Of a stretch of 64,000 nucleotides of DNA, positions 54,701 through 63,900 are shown in pieces. Below the pieces are notes generated by a model. It was not told the origin of the DNA and did no database searches. It worked only from the letters and a program-made list of their open reading frames with translations. The stretch comes from a virus: the IMG/VR virus record IMGVR_UViG_3300044971_004534; one strand, 5' to 3'. Numbering within the stretch: the stretch's first letter is position 1; every line of letters starts with the position of its first letter. The position numbers were made by a program, and so were the translations under genes.

Positions 54701-56918
54701 GAAAAATCACGCAAAATATCTATCTTACTTGTTAAGTACAATTTACACCCTCAACTCATCAGCTTCATTTTATCAAAAAACAAAAGTTGTATTTACTCAT
54801 GGAATAAACAATAATTCTTTAAATGTTTCTTTGGCGGCAAATATTAAATCTTTAGGAAATCTTCAAACAGGTGCTTTGACTGCTTCTGCAGACAAAATAT
54901 TTGATATAGAATTTTTAGATGGATATTCATTTGATTTTAGATCTTTTGTGTCTTCGTGGTATCGTATACTTCAAAAAATATCTCGCGAAAATATATACGA
55001 TCAATTTATTTTTATACACAAACATAGGCAGCAAGGCGTATCAGATTGGCAAGATCTATCTACTGGCATACAAAATGCACTAGTTTATCAGGAACCTCCT
55101 GGATCATCGTCCAGTTCTAGCAGTTCTAGTTTCATGATGGGAGACTGGGATTTAGATGGTGTTATTGGCGGTAGTGATCTAGGACCGTTGCTAGGCTGCT
55201 TTGGCACTTCTGATCCACAATGTCTGCGTGTATTTGATTTTGATGGAGACGGTGTTATTGGCGGAAATGATCTAGGAGTTTTGTTAGGAATGTGGACGGT
55301 GGCATCTAGTTCTAGCAGTTCTAGTTTCATGATGGGAGACTGGGATTTAAACGGGATTATTAATGGTAGTGATCTGGGACCGTTGCTAGGCTGCTTTGGT
55401 TCTTCTGATCCACAATGTCTGCGTGTATTTGATTTTGATGGAGACGGTGTGATTGGCGGAAATGATTTAGGAGTTTTATTAGGCATGTGGACTGTAACAT
55501 CTAGTTCTAGTAGTTCTAGTAGTTCTAGTAGTTCGATTAATCTTGACGACTACACTGGAGTTATGGCAGTTCGTGTAAATGAAAACGGCATTTACAACAT
55601 TACTGGATCAGCTTTAAACAATTTTAACTGGAAAATTTATGTCTCTGTTAGAGACAATAATAGTTATTTGCATTGTGTTTTATTAGATAGTAGTGGTGGC
55701 GTTCAAAGTGTTTTGTTTGATATTTTAATAAATAATAAGTTTGTAGGCGATATTGTAAAAGAAATAGACGGAATAGCAGGGTTTCATGCAGAAGTTTTAA
55801 ATAATGCTGATCTGTCTATTAGTGATGGCATTTATTTTGACCCAATGAAAGTGTATACAGAAAATGATTTTGCAATAGGTTACCTAGAAAACCCAACAAC
55901 TAATTTTACAGGTTTTGACAATCCATTTTTGCTACTTTCTCTAGAAGGTACTACTAACGATTACGCATTGATAGGTTCTCAAGTAAAGCAAAACTTTGGT
56001 AAATACCCATCTTACAAAGCTATTGTTCCATCTGCAAAATTATCTAGCGTAATTGGTGGGTCTTCTGGATTTTTGACAGTTGAAGATCCTCTCAACATTC
56101 TAGCTACATTTAATCATGTTTCTATAGATGGAGAAATTATAAAAATTAATGAATGGAACAATGGTGTTGCAGAAATTGTTGAAAGGTCTGTTGGTGGAAC
56201 TGTAAAAAGATTTCACCCCAGTGGATCAAGTGTGTTTGGAGTTGGAGACAATGATGTATTTGATAATAACTTCTACTTAGATAGTAATGGCAAGTATATC
56301 TATCAGTATAGGTGTTTGGCTATTAGAAATATATACAAAAATCTATCCATAGTTAACCCATCGATTGTTATGGAAAATAATTACAATCCAGGTTTAACAA
56401 ACTTAAGTTTTGGTTTCGAAATACCTGCGCATAAATATGTAGTGCTAAGTAGTTCGGTGGGATCTGGCACAAGAGTTGTTAATATAGAAACAGAAAATCT
56501 ACAGAATTATTCATACAATGGTAATTTGAGTAGCTACACTGACTCATTAATGAGATTTTCTAATTCATCTGGTTCTGTGTATTATAGAAAAATTGTTTCT
56601 ATAAATAGTAATTTTATTGAACTGGATAAAGACCTTCCATCTCCAGTAAATCAATTTGTTAGTGTAGAGATCTTACCAGGTCAAGCATCTAATAGTCATC
56701 AAGGTAAAATGTCTCCTGTTGTGTCTTCAAGATTCAGCGGATTTTATAATGTTGGAGAATTAAATAATTTATCAGTACCTCTTGTAGGAAATAATCTAAC
56801 TAGGTCTATTTCTTATAATAATATAATATATCTATGGATAAAAAGAGAAGTGCCAAAAGACGTAAGAATGAATTTACAAAACACTTTACCAATTAAATTT
56901 AAATTTACAATTAAATGA
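51792..56918 (+). CDS. Giant tail-module protein (1708 aa) with three dockerin-like modules
   Basis: It has an N-terminal dockerin-like module (51903-52049) and two tandem internal dockerin-like modules flanked by poly-Ser linkers (55113-55535). The rest is unassigned. Confidence 0.55.
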   Translation: MPIVKSLFRIDRRPIARIVCDPMSFVTVNSLEYVPCPDLNRDGVVDNADLAIVQSNWGENPGHPADLNLDGKVDGLDINIVLSNMGVANCVDNVEDLCNIARGRCLGSAFYGANGFYKFFNIYLTKLYDAGFRRFSIQSPSGCYLDPSTGNLSSNIRNTFDNLQSYYFITRREEAGVCEERNLPFDASNLRLDDQLYTSFFEAFVGHLSYWIRSRHESVDVHIEMGSKVIYTSGSVNTDVLNLPVNEFVNVEQDFNIDIPEHRRWFEYNCGNYLSSGVSGIGLSNCKLSLLNNLVNFTNINKAMWKLYESYFMHVNVPNINGDLLNSEEYSRFKIISNFTNPVGFGSTNLFRLFSGLRMFDKGSEIHGSFKSEELNSYSSDLLREYVDDTGIIPGIELSYSVDGSSLNVESISNQFSKINQAIEYAENQSNVRSFGQSMFFFSESAGETRNSNGAVSTSNAYLRSSAKEDPAIVPVIKVNCSKSIKSLDESVIRSYIPSWWFTDRSGECIDISMIDAVLNSWTVQNSADIVKVNSSSPYGTYGPEKCADAAFDLILQYQSSYTGVDRASINFQNTKNIAIKLENWGDLFDHECTKDDLNDVLAEGWCRLFTNSLDQIRPYFDRELELERSPINRLKNLYAKNGTFECSLWVKRFIQRFKYRQHNRRVDSSLSVVPNPRIIYIDEPNVLAVHDFIDYAYLDSGSSSVCLNNGHNFGSWHHHVNDPRFSDKEVGFKWRDVSNLKDAYMIADQSSEFKVKRASSDSDNLLGDILISDYSKKIESYAYSDQSNAAIEKWLQILIDEVVSRRVYESMGMHVENAFSLGRYAQRGFTCGISDSLSACNIQAPFYYFVNRWQYYNGKHNFNIPKSTSVQVHHICPTSVAVDDGINQAAFDWSPDFKNTKVRFESLEYILTYDNNQPEHGNFGWRPMYSKDPDGRGIFSYGSGPIDGNPEDGIIYGDVHRSNMQMLLQKNHAKYLSYLLSTIYTLNSSASFYQKTKVVFTHGINNNSLNVSLAANIKSLGNLQTGALTASADKIFDIEFLDGYSFDFRSFVSSWYRILQKISRENIYDQFIFIHKHRQQGVSDWQDLSTGIQNALVYQEPPGSSSSSSSSSFMMGDWDLDGVIGGSDLGPLLGCFGTSDPQCLRVFDFDGDGVIGGNDLGVLLGMWTVASSSSSSSFMMGDWDLNGIINGSDLGPLLGCFGSSDPQCLRVFDFDGDGVIGGNDLGVLLGMWTVTSSSSSSSSSSSSINLDDYTGVMAVRVNENGIYNITGSALNNFNWKIYVSVRDNNSYLHCVLLDSSGGVQSVLFDILINNKFVGDIVKEIDGIAGFHAEVLNNADLSISDGIYFDPMKVYTENDFAIGYLENPTTNFTGFDNPFLLLSLEGTTNDYALIGSQVKQNFGKYPSYKAIVPSAKLSSVIGGSSGFLTVEDPLNILATFNHVSIDGEIIKINEWNNGVAEIVERSVGGTVKRFHPSGSSVFGVGDNDVFDNNFYLDSNGKYIYQYRCLAIRNIYKNLSIVNPSIVMENNYNPGLTNLSFGFEIPAHKYVVLSSSVGSGTRVVNIETENLQNYSYNGNLSSYTDSLMRFSNSSGSVYYRKIVSINSNFIELDKDLPSPVNQFVSVEILPGQASNSHQGKMSPVVSSRFSGFYNVGELNNLSVPLVGNNLTRSISYNNIIYLWIKREVPKDVRMNLQNTLPIKFKFTIK
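51903..52049 (+). other. Dockerin type I-like module (two EF-hand-like Ca-binding segments)
   Basis: The two segments are DLNRDGVVDNADLAIVQSNWG and DLNLDGKVDGLDINIVLSNMG, separated by ENPGHPA. Both fit the D-x-N/D-x-D-G-x-V-D-x-x-D-L/I loop-helix pattern of dockerin repeats. Confidence 0.7.
55113..55535 (+). repeat. Tandem 195-bp (65-aa) coding repeat, 2 copies plus a partial third (Ser-linker); each unit = poly-Ser + dockerin-like module
   Basis: Copy 1 spans 55113-55307 and copy 2 spans 55308-55502. I count ~17 mismatches in 195 nt by eye (about 91% identity). Each unit encodes SSSSSSFMMGDWDL(D/N)G(V/I)I(G/N)GSDLGPLLGCFG(T/S)SDPQCLRVFDFDGDGVIGGNDLGVLLGMWTV. 55503-55535 is an (AGTTCT)n-type Ser-Ser microsatellite. 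Confidence 0.95.
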
Positions 56919-57985
56919 GCACACTAAGTATAGAAAAATATTTGCATTTTAACTTTGATCAGTTTCCGGTTGTGGAAACTGGTACTTTAGATAATCTAAT
57001 TTTCAATGGCAATGGTAGTGTGGATATCGTTCCAGGTGTATTTTCTTCTGGTCTTTTATTAAATGATGATGGGTATTTTTCAATGCCTATATCATCTGTT
57101 AGATATCAAAATTTGCGTTCAGAATTTTCTGTAGGATTTTGGTTAAACTCTGTTTCTTTATCTGATAAAATTTATGATGACGTTGTAATAGTGCCATCTA
57201 TGCCTATATTGTCTGTTGGTAATGCTACGTTATTGAATGGTTCTTACGTTTTTTCTGATGGTCTATTTATGTTATATGAAAAATCTGTCTTTGCCAATTA
57301 TAATAAAATGTATTTGATTATAATGACATCTGGTGGTGAAAAGCTAGAATTTGAAAGTGAAATATACGAAACTGGTATCTTTAATCATTTTATGTTTTCT
57401 GTAAATTCAGAAACAAGTCAAATAAAACTCTATATTAATGGAGTAGAAAGTATACTATCTTCTAATACAGCCGTTCTTCCTCCATCCTTTGGTCTTTCTT
57501 CAGTTCCAGAGCTGTATATTAATAAAAATATAGAAGGTGATAATAGAAGTTTAGAAAAAAATAAGGGTGTAATAGATGATCTGTTTATAATAGCTGATGC
57601 AATTATTGAAAATTATAAAATATCTAAAATAATAGCTGACGGATTTTCATCTTATATTGCAGAAGTTTCTGGCAATATATCAGAAAGAGTTTTTGATGCA
57701 AAAATTAGTTTTTTGCAAAAAACGTCTGTAGCTCCTCCAATATCTGCCGTAGACATGTCTAGTGGAGATATTGTGGCTGGAACTCAAGATGGTGTCGTTT
57801 TAAAAGGAGACTCGGGGTATTGGAATAAGAAATACAGTTTAACGAATCAGCAATCCTTAAGTGATTTTACTGTTGTTTATTCTACTCAAAACAGCTCTGG
57901 TTCTAATGAAAATTCTGCAAATGATGGTAAGATAATATCTGGAGAGGGTCTTATCTTATTTAAAAATGGTATTATAATAAACTAA
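56915..57985 (+). CDS. LamG/concanavalin-A-like jelly-roll protein (356 aa), tail module
   Basis: It has an ATGA overlap with the upstream gene. LamG-like landmarks are FNGNGSVDIVPGVFSSGLLLNDDGYFSMP...EFSVGFWLN...HFMFSVNSETSQIKLYINGV...GVIDDLFIIADAI. Confidence 0.5.
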   Translation: MSTLSIEKYLHFNFDQFPVVETGTLDNLIFNGNGSVDIVPGVFSSGLLLNDDGYFSMPISSVRYQNLRSEFSVGFWLNSVSLSDKIYDDVVIVPSMPILSVGNATLLNGSYVFSDGLFMLYEKSVFANYNKMYLIIMTSGGEKLEFESEIYETGIFNHFMFSVNSETSQIKLYINGVESILSSNTAVLPPSFGLSSVPELYINKNIEGDNRSLEKNKGVIDDLFIIADAIIENYKISKIIADGFSSYIAEVSGNISERVFDAKISFLQKTSVAPPISAVDMSSGDIVAGTQDGVVLKGDSGYWNKKYSLTNQQSLSDFTVVYSTQNSSGSNENSANDGKIISGEGLILFKNGIIIN

Positions 57986-57986
57986 A

Positions 57987-60900
57987 ATGATAGAATCTAT
58001 TAACGTAAAAATAAATGGAAAAGAGTTTTTGGGAAATCCGCTAAAGGTTTTGCCTAAAGGTTTTATTGTATCTTGGCAGTTTGGTCCTTCGCAGGTATCT
58101 CAAACAAATTTTGAAATAAGAATAGGGGCAGATGCTTTTGGATTAGGTACAGACTTGTTTGTTGGTAGTATATTTGAATATTCTGGCATAAACAAAACTC
58201 GACAAGATTACGCATTTTTTCCAAGCGCTATTCTTTCAAGAAGTTCTGAACTTTATGGTCAGCTAAGAATCGTTGATCAATTTGGTAATAATTCTTTTTG
58301 GAAAACATTTTCAGTTTATGTTAATGACGTTCCTCACCTAATAGATTCTTATTTTTTGCCTGGATATGGAATTGAATCTGGAATATCTCTAGGTGTTGTC
58401 AAGCCTAGTGATGATGTATTGGTTAAAACTAGATGGTTTCAAAATGGTAAACTGCAATCTTATTTAGATGATTCTTATTCAGTTCCATCTAGAAATATAG
58501 AATATGGAGATGTTTGGAGTGCTCAAGTTATTCCTTATAATGAGTTAGAGTCTGGATTAACTTTTGACGTAAGCCCTGTTTCTATTCTACCACCAATTAT
58601 TTCAGTTAGTAATATATCTATTATACCTTCAAATCCAAATCCAGATGATATATTTGAAGTATCTTATAGCTTATATAAAAATAATTTATTAGAAAATATA
58701 GGTGATGAATCTATAGTCAGATGGTATGTGAATGATATAGAAGTCTCTGGAAATGTTAATTCAAAATTTGCAAGGTTAAATGTAAAACCTAAAGATCATG
58801 TTTATGCCAGAATAGATTCTAATTGGAGTGGTTTTGCTGGTACAAGCTTGGTTAGTAATCCTGTAATTGTTGGAGAATACAATCTGCAATTATCAAATTG
58901 CGTTATTAACGGAGTTTCTGATAAAAATTTTGTTTCTTATGACGCAGTGAATATTCTTTGGAATGTTGCTGATAATATTAAAGAAAAAATATCGCAATAC
59001 AATATAAAGTTAGGTCATTCTGAGGGTGGATCTAATCTTCTGAATACGCATGTTGGCCCTAATGTATTTAGCTTTTTTATACCACCATCTGCTCTTAAAA
59101 AAGGGATGGACTATTATGTTTCAGTTGGTCCAGTAGACGTAAATGGTAATGCTGGAAAATATGAGACCGTATATTTTAAGACTTTTGGTAATACTTGGGG
59201 TGACAATGTATCTGCCGACAATGGGTATACTATTTTCATCAAATTAAAATGTGAGATTGCTAGTGGAGAGAGTTCTCCAGAAGATGTTCTTTCGCTTAAC
59301 GTTTCTGACGGACTGCAGTCATATGTGGTAGATTTTCATAAAAGTTTCGTCAGAATTAATATAGATACAAATACAAAAGTTAAAGCTGATGTTGATAATT
59401 CTATATTTAGAGAGTATATATTGTCAGTAAAAAACAATGACATTAATTTGTTCGTTGATGGCAATTTAATAGCCAAATATAGTCAACAAACTCAGCGTTC
59501 AGGTGAAAAGTATTTAAATTTGATACCACGCGGAGGTAAGGGCGACTTAAAGTCTACAATTTCTTCAATTAGAATAAGTGTAAGTAATCCATATCATTTA
59601 GATTCTACTGGCATATCTGAGTTAACAAGTTTTTCTGAAGTAATTGATTTACCGAATATCGTAATAAATGATGTTGAGTCAACCCCGGGCGGTGTTTTAC
59701 TAGCTGCTAAAAATATTTCTGATGAATATTCAAGAATATATAAATATGACTCTTCTAAAAACAATTTTAAATTTGATGTAGAAAGTTTGTCAAGCTCAGT
59801 ATTTACTGTTAGTCATGTGGATGTTTCTCCTGGGTATGAAGCTTTTACTGTGTCTAGTAATAAGGGCGTTTCTTTGTTCAAAGGCGACCCGGTTGCTGGA
59901 TGGGATTCTTCTGTGGAATTTAGATCTTTAAATGACTTATACAACAATAAGTGGAGTGTTATTTCTTCTTCAGGAGACTCTGGAATATCAATTAATTCTG
60001 ATGGGTTGTTAATATCAAATAGTTTTGCTACAGTTGGTAGAACTTCAACAATAAAAAGATCTAATGAATTACAATATCCTGCCGTTGCTGTTAAAAGCCT
60101 GTTCTTGAGTAATTTTAGTTTTTCTGTATCTAATAATATTATGTCTATCTTGAACAATGGAGATACATCTCTTCTTCAACACTCAATAGACATTACACAG
60201 TTTACTTCTATAGGCAATTTGTTTGCTTATATAAAAGATCTTTTTGCTACTGCTGATAATGGATCGTACATCAAAGATTTTTTCTCATTTTATATCTTGA
60301 ATGGAGCAAATGACTTATCGACTAGTTTACTTTCAGATTATAATTCTGCATCTCAACAAATAGAGTATATATTTTATGTTGATAATGTTGCTGACTCTAT
60401 AGATCCGTATGCAGATGCTTCTCAAACTTCTTTTTCTGGTGGTAGAGCATTTATATCTCACGACAGTCCAGGGTCTCCATGGTTTGATAGTGCAAATAGT
60501 GAATCTGGATATTCTATAGAGTTAGATTGCAAAGTTGATTCGTTAGAAGACAGTTTACGTCCGGTTAGTTTTTCTGACAAAAACTTCTTGGGTATGTATA
60601 TAAATGATGGAGAGTATGAGCAAGAAATATCTTTGAGCAGTAGCGCAATTAGAATCCCTAAAATTGGGAAAAACATACCAATCAATTTGTCTGAATTTAC
60701 AAAATTAAGATTTAATAGCTTAGACGGTAAAGTAAATTTGTGGAAAAAATCATCGGCAGATAGAGACTATGTATTATTAGACAGTTTTATTTTAAATTCT
60801 GTATCAAACATATCTAGAAATGTCATTCAACACAAGGTGTTTAATAGTGATTCAAAAACATACATCATGTGGGTGGAAGAAGACGGTGATTATAGCGTCA

Positions 60901-63900
60901 TAAGATACTCGGAATCAGAAGATAATGGGAAATGGTCAACTCCGTACTCAGTACCGATATATAGATCTTCTATAAAATCATTTGATTTTGTAGTTGACAA
61001 TGCTGGCGTCATTTATGTGTCTTATGAAACATATGCCTATGATCACTCAGATATTATTGTTCTTGCAAAAAATCAAGTTGGCTGGAGTACCCAGTTTAAC
61101 ATAAGTAATGACAGAGGATCTTCTGTACAGCCAGTGATGGCTTTAGATGAAAATGGTGGGGTTCACATCATATGGTCTGACTCAAGGGCAGGTACTTATG
61201 AAATAATGCACGCTTATTTTGACGTGTTTACTAGAACCTGGATTGGCTCTGGGCAAGATGCTCGCATAATTAGCTCAAGCGGATATGCAGCATATAATCC
61301 TGCTGTGTCTAGTAGAATGAATAGTCTTTATGTGACATGGACAGAATTAAGTCCAAATGGAAATAGTCAAATTAAAATAGCTAAATATAACATAGCCTTA
61401 CAATCATGGATGAGTGAAAATAATTTAGAAATAGGAAAATTAGTAAGCGATCCAGGTATTTCAAAATCAGACTTTTCAGATATTGTGGCAGATAAAGATG
61501 GAAACATACATATTGTTTACCATGATATTGTAAATGATAAATATAAGATATTTTACAGACAGTGTTCTCAAGATTTAAATTTTTATAATCTTCCAACTCC
61601 CATTGTTGCTGTTGATGAAGAATCAGATTCTTTTGAGCCTAATTTGTCTATAGTCGATGCTTCTGGAGATTTAATAGTTAATTGGAAAAAGTCAAATGAA
61701 TATGCTCCCTCTAATGTTCGTTCTGGTACATTTGATTTTACAGACCCTTATGCTCCAGCATTGTTGCTACCTCCCAGATCTACAACATCGGCTACAAACG
61801 GTTATTACTTTGCAAGATGGAGTAGGGTATATAGGTCTTGGCTATCTTCTGGAAGCTCTATAGTTAATGATTCTGGAGCTGTAGAGGGTGGATATGATTC
61901 TAGGCTTGATATTGGAAAATTGGGAGGCGACAGTAGTGTTACTGCTCCAAAAAGAATAGTTTCCAATAATAACATAAGTGTTTTGTTATACGATGATTTT
62001 TCAGATGCAAATACAAGAGTTTATGTTTATGAGTTAGACAGTATGCTTTCTTCTTCTATATTAAGTTTTAATAATGAAGATCCTTACGATTACTCTCTGA
62101 TTGCCATCAGTGATGCTGGAAGTAAGAAAAGTTTACTTATAGGTGATGCTAGTAACTATGTTTCTGCTGGAATTTACATCAAGTCAATAAATTACTCAAT
62201 ATCTGGAGTAAGGCGACCTTTCTCTTATAGAAAGATTGGATATTTGACGCATGTCATGCCATATGACCCCATTATCAAGTCTTTTGTTTCTGATGACGGA
62301 GATACTTGGATGATAGGTCAAAATGGCTTATACTATTATGATTATTTAGGAGATCAAGTTTTAAATTCTTGGGATTCTACATTGTGGGATAATAACAATT
62401 TAAATTCTATTATTGGAAATAATTCTTATTCCATACACGATGCCTTTATTGACCCATTAGGTAATATGTTTGTATTTGTTTTGATTGGTTCTGACAAAAA
62501 GCTTTTAGTTTCAAATGATCACTTTAGATGGTTTGAGGTTTCCATCACCGACTTTACATTCGATGTAGATAAAAATATAAAAATTGCTTTTAATAATTTT
62601 GGAGGCATGGTAGTAAGTAAAATTGGTAAAACGTGTTTAGTAAAAAACTATATTTTAGAAATCAGAAATCAAATACCAAACAAGACTACTTCATCTGGTC
62701 AGGATGGAAACACTCAGCGTCCAAAATTGCAGCTTGTATGCGGTGCTTCCTCCAGTAGTCCATCTCTTTCTAATATTTCAAATATTAATGATATTGCTTT
62801 AGATGATAGTGAAAATATACTAATATCAACTAACTTAGGATTGTTCTTTGGTAAAATTAGTAATATCACTTATTACGGTATTGAAGATGGCTTGCCAGGC
62901 AGTGTAATTAAGTCTGTTCATGTAAAAGACGCATATACTAGAATATGTACTTTTGAAAATAAAATATCATATATGAATGGTTCTGTCTTTGAAGAAATAC
63001 CACTTATATCAAATTATCCTATTTCTACATATTTGGGAATAAGTTCATCTAATCAGACTAGTCAAAGATTTGATTCTGGTAAGTTAATTAATTCTAAAGA
63101 GTATGGTAATTATATACTAGTATCTGGTCAAAATGGTTTAGTTATTATTCTTAATAGTGATCCTGTGCTGATGAGAAAGCTACCTGTAAGTGTTTTCTTT
63201 GGATCTGAATTACTAGATGTGATATCTCCTGGAGATGCCAGATCGATAGTTAATAAAGAACTAAAGTTTAATTTACCAGAAAATATATTAAATGATGCAA
63301 ACGTAAATAAATTTGTTGTTGAAGTATTTATAAATGGCAATAAAGTCAATCGTGGTTATGAATTTAGTGCAAAAGAACAAGTTATAAACTTTTTAACTTC
63401 GTTGTTACCAAACGACAAGGTTACATTTAATTTAAGATCAGACATTATATTAGAAAATGACTTTTCTCAAAATGGAGCAGAAAAATCTGCATTTGGAATA
63501 GAAACTAGAAACGTTAAGAGTATACTTTTTAATAATAATCAATCATACGCAGTAGTTCAGGGAACTTCTGATTATATCGCAGTGAGTGACAGCTCAATAT
63601 CGCTCCCATATGATGAAGTCATCTTGGATAGGACGCCACCTAATGGACGTGTAAAGTTTATTGCTCAAACTGGTCCAGATTCTATATACGTAGGTATAGA
63701 TCCTCCGAACAGTGACACTCCTTACGATGCAGTAAGTGGTATAGCATCTATGGTAATTTCTAATTATGATAATTTTACTTCTGACGGCGTGACTCCAATA
63801 GATCCTATCCCTTTTAGGCCAACTATAGGTCATAACTTAATATCAGCATTAAGCAACAACGCTGAAATATTTGAAACAGATACAGACTATTTCAGTAAAC

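Noticed and set aside
55088-55486. 132-aa minus-strand ORF, internally repetitive, which could be mistaken for a repeat protein. The same locus could be mistaken for a CRISPR-like array.
   Set aside because: It is the antisense shadow of the 195-bp tandem coding repeat in the 1708-aa gene. The repeats are contiguous with no unique spacers, are in frame, and encode dockerin-like modules, so this is neither a CRISPR array nor an independent gene.
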